The notes: generated by a model not told the origin, from the letters alone. 64,000 nucleotides of DNA from Candidatus Micrarchaeia archaeon (GCA_038871515.1 JAVZHX010000001.1:352001-416000), one strand, 5' to 3'; positions 28,562 to 37,855 are shown, counted from the stretch's first letter. Made by a program: numbers and translations.

Positions 28562-29029
28562 CTACTTTGGTTTATACATCTTTTTAAGAGTGACTAATGC
28601 TTCCTTTATTCTTGCAATTGAGTCATCTGTTTTATTTTTATATACGTGCTCAACTGAGCTTGCAACATCTCCTTTCTCTGAGTCAGGCGACTGTGGAAAA
28701 AAATACTTCCCCTTACTCCTTTTAACCAAACCAATTTTTTTCAGCTGCAACAGATGATAGAAAACCGTTTTCTCGCTTACCTCCTTCCCATGCTCCTTTA
28801 TGTATTCCGCAAGCTCATGCACATCCGGCTCCTTTCCCTCCGAAAGCTGGAAGTAGAAAAGCGCTTCAAGCAAGTCAAGCATCGTTGTTCTTGTTTCGTT
28901 TGGATAGATTAAACCAAGCGCAAGCGCAATCCACCTTATTAAGGATTTTTTTGTCATCCTCACCTCTCTTGTGAGCTGCATATTGCGTATAACCAACTCG
29001 CTTTCAATGAGAGATGCTTCTGGAATCAT
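28562..29029 (-). CDS. Winged-helix protein, divergent from the KaiC-like ATPase
   Basis: SEKTVFYHLLQLKKIGLV...KGKY. Confidence 0.75.
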   Translation of the reverse strand: MIPEASLIESELVIRNMQLTREVRMTKKSLIRWIALALGLIYPNETRTTMLDLLEALFYFQLSEGKEPDVHELAEYIKEHGKEVSEKTVFYHLLQLKKIGLVKRSKGKYFFPQSPDSEKGDVASSVEHVYKNKTDDSIARIKEALVTLKKMYKPK

Positions 29030-29097
29030 CTACAAAAATTTATCAAGCACATATTTAAATATTCAGAGGTAATTATTACTCTTGCTGGGGTGGTTTG

Positions 29098-29802
29098 ATG
29101 GAGGATAGAGTGAGGACAGGAATACCTGGGTTGGATGAGCTTGTTGAGGGAGGGTTTAAAAGAAGCCAGGTTATCAGCGTGAGCGGCACAAGCGGCTCGG
29201 GTAAAACTACTTTTGCAGTTCAATTCCTATACAACGGAGCAACAATGTATAACGAACCAGGTTTATACATAACTCTTGGTGAGCAGAAGAAGCAGATTTT
29301 TGCGAACATGCTCAGGTATGGATGGGATTTGAAGAAGCTGGAGGATGAGAAGAAAATTCTTTTTGTTGAATACCCGCCGTATGAAATTGAGGTGTTTCTT
29401 TCCCAGGAGGTTGTCATAAGGGACTCTGTTGAGATGGTTGGCGTAAAAAGATTGGTGATAGACCCGGTGAGCTCTTTGCTGATGGGTTATGGGGATGAGC
29501 AGAAGAGAAGAGAAAGGCTGCTGAGGTTGCTTGAAAGGCTGAGGAGTTTGGGCTGCACCTCACTGATGACTTCTGAGAGCATTGGGCTTGACACAGAAGT
29601 TCCTCTTGGTAAGTTTGAAGTTGAGTTATTTTCGGATGGTATAATTTACCTTTACAATGTGAGAAGAAAAAACAGGAGGCAGAGAGGGCTTGAAGTAATA
29701 AAGATGAGGGGAACAAAACACAGCAACAAAATCTGCCCAATGGAATTCACCGATCATGGAATAGAAGTTTACCCAAACAAGGAGTTTTTTGAAAGCGTAT
29801 AG
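29098..29802 (+). CDS. Single-domain KaiC/RAD55-family ATPase
   Basis: TGIPGLD, GTSGSGKTT, RLVID, DGIIYL, KMRGTKH. Confidence 0.92.
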   Translation: MEDRVRTGIPGLDELVEGGFKRSQVISVSGTSGSGKTTFAVQFLYNGATMYNEPGLYITLGEQKKQIFANMLRYGWDLKKLEDEKKILFVEYPPYEIEVFLSQEVVIRDSVEMVGVKRLVIDPVSSLLMGYGDEQKRRERLLRLLERLRSLGCTSLMTSESIGLDTEVPLGKFEVELFSDGIIYLYNVRRKNRRQRGLEVIKMRGTKHSNKICPMEFTDHGIEVYPNKEFFESV

Positions 29803-29804
29803 TT

Positions 29805-30170
29805 ATGTCAACCTTCCGCATCTCAACAAAGTTCTACCCAATACGCTTGAATGCGTTTATGAGGAATGAGGTAGAGCTAACCATAGAGATAGAGAACACA
29901 AGCAGCGAGCCTCTTTGGAGCGAGTGCGATGTGATTGTCCCGCCAGCAATTTCGCTTGCGCCAGATAAGGAATTGGAGAAAGGAAGGATAAGGATTGGGA
30001 TAATCAACCCAAATGAAATTATGACGAAAAAATGCAAAATTTATGGAAGCGCAAAAAGCTATCCTGACGTTTACCAAATAAAGCTGATTGTTTACGGGCA
30101 TGGCAAGGATGCAACAATTGTCGCAAGGGATGAGAAGACTGTTGAGCTGAGGTGCGAGAGGTTAAGGTAG
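29805..30170 (+). CDS. Hypothetical Ig-like beta-sandwich protein (paralog of 49618-50031)
   Basis: F.P.RLNA...L.IE..N...EPL...RIG...P.E pattern; no signal peptide. Confidence 0.7.
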   Translation: MSTFRISTKFYPIRLNAFMRNEVELTIEIENTSSEPLWSECDVIVPPAISLAPDKELEKGRIRIGIINPNEIMTKKCKIYGSAKSYPDVYQIKLIVYGHGKDATIVARDEKTVELRCERLR

Positions 30171-30186
30171 ATTACTGGGTGGGGGA

Positions 30187-31086
30187 ATGGAGAGAATAGT
30201 TGAATGCATCCCAAACTTCAGCGAGGGGAGGAGGAAGGAGGTTATTGATGAGATTGTTGGGGAGGTAAAAAAAGTTAAAGGAGTGAAGCTTCTTGACGTT
30301 GAAAGCGATGTAGACCATAACAGAAGCGTAGTTACATTTATTGGTGAACCCAAAGCAGTTTTGGAAGCTGCCTTCCTTGCAGCAAAAAAAGCTTCTGAGC
30401 TAATTGATATGAACAAACACAAGGGGGAGCACCCGAGAATTGGGGCAACAGATGTAATTCCATTCGTCCCAATTTCAAATGTCACAATGGAGGAATGCGT
30501 TGAGCTTGCAAAAAAGCTAGGTAAGAGAATTGCGGATGAATTGAAAATACCGGTTTACCTTTATGAAGCAGCTGCCACAAAACCAGAGAGAGTGAATTTA
30601 GCGGATATAAGAAAAGGGGAGTATGAAGGTTTGAAAAAAGAAATTGAAACAAACCCGGAGAGGAAACCAGATTATGGAGCTGCGAAACTTCACCCAACAG
30701 CAGGGGCAACTGTTGTTGGCGCAAGGGAGCCACTCATTGCATTCAACGTTAATTTAGGAACAAGTAACATTGAGATTGCTAAGAAAATTGCAAAAGCAGT
30801 CAGATTCAGCAGCGGTGGCTTTAAAAATGTGAAAGCAAAGGGGTTTGATATAAAGAACAGGGGGATTGTTCAGGTTTCTATGAATTTGACAAATTATAAA
30901 GAAACTCCAATTTTCCGCGTTTTTGAAATGGTGAAAAGAGAAGCTGAAAGGTACGGCGTTCCGGTAATAGGAAGTGAAATTGTTGGTTTAGTTCCACTTG
31001 ACGCGCTTGTTGACGTTTCAGACTTCTACCTTCAGCTTGAAAACTTCAAAAAAACTCAAATACTTGAAACTCGTCTGTGGGAGTGA
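30187..31086 (+). CDS. ftcD: Glutamate formimidoyltransferase
   Basis: ECIPNFSEGR, DHNRSV, GEHPRIGA.DV.PF, QVSMN. Confidence 0.95.
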   Translation: MERIVECIPNFSEGRRKEVIDEIVGEVKKVKGVKLLDVESDVDHNRSVVTFIGEPKAVLEAAFLAAKKASELIDMNKHKGEHPRIGATDVIPFVPISNVTMEECVELAKKLGKRIADELKIPVYLYEAAATKPERVNLADIRKGEYEGLKKEIETNPERKPDYGAAKLHPTAGATVVGAREPLIAFNVNLGTSNIEIAKKIAKAVRFSSGGFKNVKAKGFDIKNRGIVQVSMNLTNYKETPIFRVFEMVKREAERYGVPVIGSEIVGLVPLDALVDVSDFYLQLENFKKTQILETRLWE

Positions 31087-31090
31087 TAAT

Positions 31091-31705
31091 TTGAGGGAAA
31101 TGAAACTTTCTGAGTTTCTTGATGCGGTTGCTTCACCCTCCCCAACTCCTGGAGGAGGAAGCGCATCCGCCCTTCTCTGCTCGCTTGGCGCCTCCCTTCT
31201 CTGCATGGTTTGCAATTTAACAATTGGGAAGAAAGGGTATGAGGAAAGCGAAGCGGAGCTGAAAAAAGTTTTGGAGGAAGCAGAGAAGTTAAGAATGAGA
31301 AGCGAGGAGTTGATTGACGAGGATACGAAAGCATTTGATGAGGTGATGGCAGCTTACAAAACTCCGAAGGAAGCTCCTGGAAGAGCTGAAAGAATTCAGA
31401 GTTCATTAAAGAATGCGGTGAATACTCCCCTTGAAGTCGCAAAGATTGGTGTAAGGGTGCTTGAGCTTTCAAAAATTGTTGCATTCAAAGGAAATGTTAA
31501 CTCAATAAGCGATGCGGGAGTTGCTGCGCTTGCAGCAGAAGCAGGAGTGAGAGGGGCAATTCTTAATGTAAAAATAAATTTAAAGTCAATAACAGATAAA
31601 GCATTCAACGAAGAGAAGCAGTTTGAAATAAAAAACATTGAGAGAAACAGCAAAGAGCTTCTTGAGGAGGTAGCTGGCATTGTTTCATTCAAGCTTGGAA
31701 ATTAA
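31091..31705 (+). CDS. Formiminotetrahydrofolate cyclodeaminase-like protein
   Basis: SPTPGGGSASA, GN.NSISDAG, LNVKINL; TTG start after GGAGTGA. Confidence 0.9.
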   Translation: MREMKLSEFLDAVASPSPTPGGGSASALLCSLGASLLCMVCNLTIGKKGYEESEAELKKVLEEAEKLRMRSEELIDEDTKAFDEVMAAYKTPKEAPGRAERIQSSLKNAVNTPLEVAKIGVRVLELSKIVAFKGNVNSISDAGVAALAAEAGVRGAILNVKINLKSITDKAFNEEKQFEIKNIERNSKELLEEVAGIVSFKLGN

Positions 31706-32718
31706 ACGCGAATTATTTTGTAAGCAGCCTTCTTCATTCTGTTCATAACAGCTAAGCCTAAACCAGTTTCACTTATGCTTTCGGCAATTATCACATCTAC
31801 TCCTCTCTCATCAAACTCCCTGAAAACTTTGAAAAGCTTCCTTGCAATTTCCTTTGGTTTCCTGCCAATGAAAACAACCTCTCCTCTGTAGCTGTGTTTT
31901 TCATCAGTAGTTATAACCCCTGCTGATTTGAATTTTTTCAAAAGAAGTTTAATCCTTCTTCTCACTCTCTCGGGTTTTCCTTCAACAAGAATCACCTTAG
32001 CTTCTGGAGCGTAGTGCCTGTACTTCATGCCTGGCGCCTTTGCAACTCGTGAAACTTTACCTTTCACTGCAGGGTGGAGAAGAACTTCACCAACAACCTC
32101 TTTCAACTCCTCCAAAGTAACGCCACCAGGGCGGAGAAGAACTGGGGGGGAGGAGGTGACATCAAGCACTGTTGACTCCACCCCTATCCTTGTGCTTCCC
32201 CCATCAATTATCAAATCAATCTTCCCCTTCAAATCATGCTGAACGTGCTTTGCAGAGGTTGGGCTTGGCTTTCCAAATAAGTTTGCAGAGGGAGCTGCAA
32301 CTGGCGTTCCTGCTTCCCTTATTAAAGAAAGCGCAACTGCATTGTCTGGCATTCTCACCGCAACTGTTTCCAAACCACCTGTTGTTACTTTTGGCACTCT
32401 TTCTGTTTTTTTAAAAACAAGCGTTAAGGGACCTGGCCAGAATCTGTCAATCAACTTCTCCGCTTCCTCAGGAATCTCCTCAGCAAGCGTTTTCAACTCC
32501 TTTCTATCTGCAATGTGCACTATTATTGGGTCATCCGGCGGCCTTCCCTTCACCTCAAAAATTTTTTTCACTGCTTTTTTGTTTAACGCATCCGCTCCCA
32601 AACCATAAACAGTTTCCGTTGGGAATGCAACAAGCCCCCCTCTTCTTATAACTTCCGCAGCCTGCTTTATTTTTGAAACTTCCGGCGAGTTTTTGTTTAT
32701 TTTAATTATTCTACTCAT
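31702..32718 (-). CDS. sua5: Threonylcarbamoyl-AMP synthase Sua5
   Basis: FPTETVYGLG, KGRP.D.P.IVH, APSAN, PGMKYRHYAP. Confidence 0.96.
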   Translation of the reverse strand: MSRIIKINKNSPEVSKIKQAAEVIRRGGLVAFPTETVYGLGADALNKKAVKKIFEVKGRPPDDPIIVHIADRKELKTLAEEIPEEAEKLIDRFWPGPLTLVFKKTERVPKVTTGGLETVAVRMPDNAVALSLIREAGTPVAAPSANLFGKPSPTSAKHVQHDLKGKIDLIIDGGSTRIGVESTVLDVTSSPPVLLRPGGVTLEELKEVVGEVLLHPAVKGKVSRVAKAPGMKYRHYAPEAKVILVEGKPERVRRRIKLLLKKFKSAGVITTDEKHSYRGEVVFIGRKPKEIARKLFKVFREFDERGVDVIIAESISETGLGLAVMNRMKKAAYKIIRV

Positions 32719-33997
32719 AACCCCACTTTTTCACTGCGGCAGATAGCTCCTTATTCTTCAGAGCAGCTTCCTCCAGAGGTATTTTATTCAACACTGCTTC
32801 AACTGCCTGCCTGCACGCAGCTGCTCCTGCTTTTGTTCCCATTGGGTGAGCATGAATTCCTCCTCCAAACTGCATTATTACATCTTTACCAAAAATTTTC
32901 ATCAACTCAGGAATCATTGTTGGTTGCAAACCACCGGAAGCAACTGGAAAAACTGGTTTTATTTCATCCCACCTCTGCTCCAGAATATTTGCTTCATAAT
33001 TTTCCTTAACGTTTTTTAGCACGCACTCATCCCTTATTGAGAGCACCTCGCTTCTCCCTCCATGCATCTTCCCAACAACTGTTCCAATATGAAGCTGATC
33101 CAACCCAACTAAACGAGTTAGCTTCGCAATGAGAAGCATGCTCACCCCGTGCTTTGGGTTTCTTGTTAAAGCGGAGTGCATACATCTATGCGCATGCAAA
33201 ACTAAATTCAACTCCTCATTCTCCTCCCTGAGAGTTTGGAGAGCAGTCCAACCAACAGGTATTATATCAATCATTATATACTCTCCCCCCAACTCCTTCA
33301 CAAACTTCGCTCTCCTTATCATTTCCTTGCAGGTTGGAGCAGTTATATTGCACGCATACACCTTTCTTTCTCCAGTCTCCCTCTCCGCCTTATCCCTTGC
33401 TTTCAATGTGAGTTTTGCTCTTCTCTCAAAAGAATTGAACTTCTGATTAGTCAAATTTTCATCATCCTTCACCAAATCACATCCACCAACCCATGCGTTA
33501 TACGCAACCTCCGCGTGCTTTTCAGAAGTTAAACCAACCTTTGGCTTCACAATTGTTCCAACCAGCGGTCTTCCCTCAACTTTCAGTAATTTTCTAACTC
33601 CTTTCAAACCAAATTTAGGTCCTTTGAATTGTTTTATAACTTCTTTGGGGAATGAAATATCTTCTAAACGAAGGCTCTCCAGCAATTTCATGCTGAAAAT
33701 GTTGCCTGCCAAACTGCTCAGCAACTGAGGAACTGAATTTGTTTCAAATAAATCTTTTTTATACGCAACTTTCACCAAACTTCTTTTTTTGTCAATGAGA
33801 AAAACATGCGGTTTCAATTTTTTTGCAAGTTGTGGGTTGAGGGTTAGTATTTCTGACCATGTGTCTATTGAGCTCTCTCCTGCCATGTGATTCACTGCTT
33901 CCTCAAAGCTCACTCCTTCTGCTGGTTCAACTCTGTAAAGAGATACTACTTCATTCACGCTTGGCTTGTAGTTTAAATCAACATAATCTCTAAGCAT
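32711..33997 (-). CDS. rbcL: Form III ribulose-1,5-bisphosphate carboxylase
   Basis: GESS..TW, GTIVKPK, DLVKDDE, HAHR, GTVVGKM (loop 6), SGG, QFGGG. Start at MLRDY after GAGGTG. Confidence 0.95.
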   Translation of the reverse strand: MLRDYVDLNYKPSVNEVVSLYRVEPAEGVSFEEAVNHMAGESSIDTWSEILTLNPQLAKKLKPHVFLIDKKRSLVKVAYKKDLFETNSVPQLLSSLAGNIFSMKLLESLRLEDISFPKEVIKQFKGPKFGLKGVRKLLKVEGRPLVGTIVKPKVGLTSEKHAEVAYNAWVGGCDLVKDDENLTNQKFNSFERRAKLTLKARDKAERETGERKVYACNITAPTCKEMIRRAKFVKELGGEYIMIDIIPVGWTALQTLREENEELNLVLHAHRCMHSALTRNPKHGVSMLLIAKLTRLVGLDQLHIGTVVGKMHGGRSEVLSIRDECVLKNVKENYEANILEQRWDEIKPVFPVASGGLQPTMIPELMKIFGKDVIMQFGGGIHAHPMGTKAGAAACRQAVEAVLNKIPLEEAALKNKELSAAVKKWGYE

Positions 33998-34135
33998 GGA
34001 AACACCTCTTTTACAAATTTGTTTTCTGTGTTTAAATAGCATTGTGAGGCGAAATCTATTTTTCTTATATTTTTTTAGAAAATCTAAATTGTTTTTTGAA
34101 AAAAGCTTATATAGAGAAAATAATAGAAGAGTATT

Positions 34136-34540
34136 ATGGTGATTGAAAGAAATATTGTTGAGGTAAGGGTTGGGAAGGCAGCTCCTCAAGAGCTTCCAGT
34201 TGTGCTTTCCATTTACCGAGCTCACAACGGCGATTGCAGAGACGTTGGCTGCCATAACACATACGTTGCGAGAAATGACTCTTTAGGTGTTGTTGGAGCG
34301 GTTACCATAAAAGAAGTTCAACCTGGTTGGGCGCAGTTGAGAACAATGGGTGTGGAACCAGAGTTAAGGGGAAGGGGAATTGGAACCCAGCTTGCGTTAA
34401 GTGTGATTGATGAATTGAGAAAACAGGGTTACCGCACTGTGACAGTTGATTTGGATTTGATGGAGCCAAGGCAGAAGGAGTTTTTTGGAAAGCTTGGTTT
34501 TCAGCAGCTGGACAGCCATTCCATGGTGCGTTACCTTTGA
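34136..34540 (+). CDS. GNAT N-acetyltransferase
   Basis: V.PE.RGRGIG motif A and FF.KLGF. Confidence 0.88.
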   Translation: MVIERNIVEVRVGKAAPQELPVVLSIYRAHNGDCRDVGCHNTYVARNDSLGVVGAVTIKEVQPGWAQLRTMGVEPELRGRGIGTQLALSVIDELRKQGYRTVTVDLDLMEPRQKEFFGKLGFQQLDSHSMVRYL

Positions 34541-34754
34541 TTGAAATTTCAAGCCAAATTTCACTCCATTTTTCAAACCACCAAAAATCAATTTTTGTAA
34601 GTGAATTTATTCCATATTTATGGAATTTAGAGCGCATTAGTGAAGAAAGCCCGCTTGTGAGGCAAAAAACCATTAAAAAAATGAATTACGACGGAAAGGT
34701 TGATTATAAATTTGTATATAACATTTTTATATACGTTTTAATAAACAACTTTTG

Positions 34755-35030
34755 ATGGAAAAAAAGGTTTGGGTTGTTTTGGAAGATGAGAATCAATGGT
34801 TAATCAATTTTCTTTATGTTGTGCTTTCTTGTTTAATTGGGTTGGCAAGCACGTATTTATTTACAAAAAATCCATACACCGCATTAATTGGTGGAGCAGC
34901 ACCAGCCGTTGCTGTTTATTTTCTGGTTTGGGGGAGGGGAATGTTCATAAATAAAGCAGTTGGAATTGTGGTTGTTGCAACGGTTATTATTTCATTTATT
35001 ATGATTGTTGCATTGTTGTGGAGGAAGTGA
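34755..35030 (+). CDS. Small membrane protein
   Basis: Three hydrophobic segments. Confidence 0.6.
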   Translation: MEKKVWVVLEDENQWLINFLYVVLSCLIGLASTYLFTKNPYTALIGGAAPAVAVYFLVWGRGMFINKAVGIVVVATVIISFIMIVALLWRK

Positions 35031-35032
35031 GC

Positions 35033-35218
35033 ATGAAAGAAAAGGAAACTCAATTGTATAAATTTGGAAGGGGAGGAGCATGCTTCTACATACCGATGGA
35101 TATTTTCAAGGACAGCGCATTCCCTTTTCAAATAAATGAGAAGGTGAGGATGAGAATTGATGGTAGGAAAGTGATAATTGAGAAAATAAGGGAAGAGGAG
35201 AGGGAACAGGTTCAGTAG
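35033..35218 (+). CDS. AbrB/MazE-like DNA-binding protein
   Basis: FYIP.DI.KDSAFPF...EKVRMRIDGRKVIIEK. Confidence 0.7.
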   Translation: MKEKETQLYKFGRGGACFYIPMDIFKDSAFPFQINEKVRMRIDGRKVIIEKIREEEREQVQ

Positions 35219-35913
35219 GACTCGTACTTCAACCTTAGCTCCTTCGCAACTTCTTCAAAATACGCTTTCTCTTTTCTATCTTCCATTTTTGCTGCCTCTC
35301 TTTCAAGCAGTTCTGCAACTTTAATAAGTTTCTCCCCTCTGTACTGCTCAGCTATTTTATCTGCAGTATAATCGGGTAAGGTGTCTCGAGCTACCCATGG
35401 TTTCTCAACAATTTTTTCCTTTCCCTCTGGCGATTTTTCCACTTCCTTTATCACAATATTTGAGAATTGGTTGAACCTCAGTCTAGTGAATTTGATAGGG
35501 TCTGCAATTATCGTGTTGTCTGCCTTTGCGTGAAACTCGGCGCTCTCTTTCGGCAACAGCTCGAGCCTATCGGAAATAAGCTCCTTCCCTTCAAGTTGTT
35601 TTTTCCTTATTTTTTTAAGTTCATCTATAACTTCTTTGAAAAACTGGGCTTCCTCGCCAGAAAGGGTGGCGTGCTCTTTTTTCAGCGCGTCAATCGCATC
35701 CGCAAGTAGTTTATTGGTGAGCTTAAAGTCATTCGAAATTCTTTCGGCAACACCCAATGGTCTGGCATCCATGAGGCGAAACTCTTTTTTTGTTACTGGG
35801 TGAATTGGGGTTTCTAGGAATTTGTTGTGGGTGAAAGATACGACATTATTTACTCTTCCATCAAATTCGGCGTCAAAACGAAATCCAACTTGTTCTTTCA
35901 TTGCTTTTACCAT
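35212..35913 (-). CDS. Hypothetical protein
   Basis: Long charged ORF with GGTGA upstream; coupled to the 601-aa gene. Confidence 0.7.
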   Translation of the reverse strand: MVKAMKEQVGFRFDAEFDGRVNNVVSFTHNKFLETPIHPVTKKEFRLMDARPLGVAERISNDFKLTNKLLADAIDALKKEHATLSGEEAQFFKEVIDELKKIRKKQLEGKELISDRLELLPKESAEFHAKADNTIIADPIKFTRLRFNQFSNIVIKEVEKSPEGKEKIVEKPWVARDTLPDYTADKIAEQYRGEKLIKVAELLEREAAKMEDRKEKAYFEEVAKELRLKYESY

Positions 35914-37719
35914 TCAATCACCTACTTTACAATTTTCAACTATTCCATCCAGCTTTGTAATATATTCTTGGTGATTCTTTATCTCCATTAACTCTTGAAG
36001 AAATTTTGTGGGGTCAACTTTCACCAACTCCCCCTTGTATTTCACGTGCATCTTATAAGCTCCCTCATACGGAACGTAGGTTGTGCTTCCCGAAATAACA
36101 ACCCCTCCCTCCACCACATCTCTTTTCACATTCTCCCATATTTTCTCCCTTCCTTTCTCATCAAAAAACTTCATAACGTCTTTTATGATAAGTAGATTCA
36201 AGTTTTCTCCAAGAGGTTTTTCTGTCGCATCATACAACCTGAAACCAAGTTCTTTATGATGCTTCAGCTCAATTTCGGTTGGGTTTGTGCGTATTATTTT
36301 TGGGTTTTCAAAGTTGTTTTTTATGTAACCGACAAACTCGCTTGTGAATTCGCCAGAGCCGGTTCCTATATCTGCAAAACTAAATTGCTTCTCGTAGAGA
36401 TGTTTCTCCTTTGTGACTTCAAGAAATGATTTAATAAAACCTGAAATTTCATCTGCACGTATATCGTTTGCAGGAGTTAAAACAGAGATTCTTCTTGCAA
36501 ATTCCTCTTTGTATTCATTCAGAAGAATATGCAACGCAGCAATTCTGCTCTGAACAGGAAAGAGATTTTCAACTTCCTTTAAATCAGTGTAAGTAACCTC
36601 CCCCTTCATAAGCTGGGGAAGCTCAACATCTGGGGGATTATAGGGAAGGGGTTCCTTTCCTTTATGGGTAAGTATGGAATTTAGAGTTTCTAGTGGGTCG
36701 AGTATTTGGGTATAATCAAACATATCTGAGTAATACCCTTTCTCCTTCCTCTTTGAGAATGCTTCCTTTATAAGAGAGTAAGTATTTTGGTTTTCTGAGA
36801 GAACAATTGCGAACGCAACCGCACCTGCGTGGTAACTCATTGCCTGCTTAATTTCCTTCTTAAACATCTCCATCAGAGGCTCCTCCTCCTTTCCTTCCAT
36901 CATGCTGAGAAACAGATCCTCCTTCACTCTTATTCTCTTCAAATAATCTGTGAATTCATCAATGTTCAGCGCAGCTGCTTTTTTCGCAATTGCATCAAGA
37001 GTCCATTCTGGTTTTCTTATGTACATTTTTTTAGTATCTGAAGGATGGTCTATGAAGAGTGGTGGTATTATATCAACCTCTGTGCGGAGCACCGGTATAA
37101 GCTTGGAGAACTCCTCATGTATTTTTGAGAATTGCTCACTGGTTGGTTTTTTATTTGCGATGAAAGTGAGCGCTTCAAAGAGGTGTTCTGGTTTTATTTC
37201 TCGCTCAGCGCACAGCTTGCCGAGTTGAACTGAGGGAGCAACCCATTCATCTGGAAGTGCTCTGAGGAGTTCTGAGCTGACATTCACAACTTTCTCCTCA
37301 GAAATTTTCAAAGATTGGTCAAAAACTCTCATATTCCAACTGTTAATTCTTTCAAGAAGGGGGAAGAATTCAAGAAATTTTTGCGATGAGACGTTTGCTG
37401 ACAGCCTTTCAGCGTGCTTGAGAAACCAGTAGTCAGTTGTTTCAAGCCTGTCAATTATTATATTAAGTATTTCATGTTTGCTTTCAGGGTGTTTGGAAAG
37501 GTTTGCTATTGTTGAAACAGCAGGAGTTGGGTCAATTTTCAGAGCAGCGAGCTTCTCGCACATCTGGGCAGTTCTCTCAAGCAGCTTCTCATCCATCCCC
37601 CTGCACGCCTCGCTGGTTTCCTTGCAGGTGAAGCTTTGAATTCTTGTGAGCAGCAGCTCCTGTTTGCTCTTTGTAACCTCAGAAAGGTTTTTTGGTTGTT
37701 TCTCCGCAAGGTCGTTCAT
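35914..37719 (-). CDS. Hypothetical protein with a C-terminal class I SAM-methyltransferase-like domain
   Basis: ADIGTGSGE motif I and the segment KDVMKFFD...EGGVVISG. Confidence 0.7.
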   Translation of the reverse strand: MNDLAEKQPKNLSEVTKSKQELLLTRIQSFTCKETSEACRGMDEKLLERTAQMCEKLAALKIDPTPAVSTIANLSKHPESKHEILNIIIDRLETTDYWFLKHAERLSANVSSQKFLEFFPLLERINSWNMRVFDQSLKISEEKVVNVSSELLRALPDEWVAPSVQLGKLCAEREIKPEHLFEALTFIANKKPTSEQFSKIHEEFSKLIPVLRTEVDIIPPLFIDHPSDTKKMYIRKPEWTLDAIAKKAAALNIDEFTDYLKRIRVKEDLFLSMMEGKEEEPLMEMFKKEIKQAMSYHAGAVAFAIVLSENQNTYSLIKEAFSKRKEKGYYSDMFDYTQILDPLETLNSILTHKGKEPLPYNPPDVELPQLMKGEVTYTDLKEVENLFPVQSRIAALHILLNEYKEEFARRISVLTPANDIRADEISGFIKSFLEVTKEKHLYEKQFSFADIGTGSGEFTSEFVGYIKNNFENPKIIRTNPTEIELKHHKELGFRLYDATEKPLGENLNLLIIKDVMKFFDEKGREKIWENVKRDVVEGGVVISGSTTYVPYEGAYKMHVKYKGELVKVDPTKFLQELMEIKNHQEYITKLDGIVENCKVGD

Positions 37720-37759
37720 AGTTAGTTTATGGGTTTTCGCGTATAAAATGATTTTTATA

Positions 37760-37788
37760 AAATAATTTTAGAATTTCTAAAATTATTT
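37760..37788. repeat. Perfect 29-bp inverted repeat AAATAATTTTAGAA-T-TTCTAAAATTATTT
   Basis: 14-bp arms checked by hand; lies in an AT-rich intergenic region. Confidence 0.85.
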
Positions 37789-37855
37789 GTTAAAATTGGA
37801 AGGGAAGAAAAATTTTTCTAATAAAATTTAAGCATTTCTAAAAAATATTAAGAAA

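Noticed and set aside
30998..31100. Programmed frameshift fusing the two FTCD halves
   Set aside because: The second gene has its own SD-like GGAGTGA and a TTG start, and split FTCD is common in prokaryotes.
33998..34255. 86-aa N-terminal extension of RuBisCO in the ORF track
   Set aside because: It crosses an AT-rich promoter region and the opposite-strand GNAT gene; the SD supports the start at 33997.
34755..35218. Toxin-antitoxin pairs around the AbrB-like genes (also 56328-56549)
   Set aside because: No adjacent PIN, RelE or MazF-like toxin was recognised.
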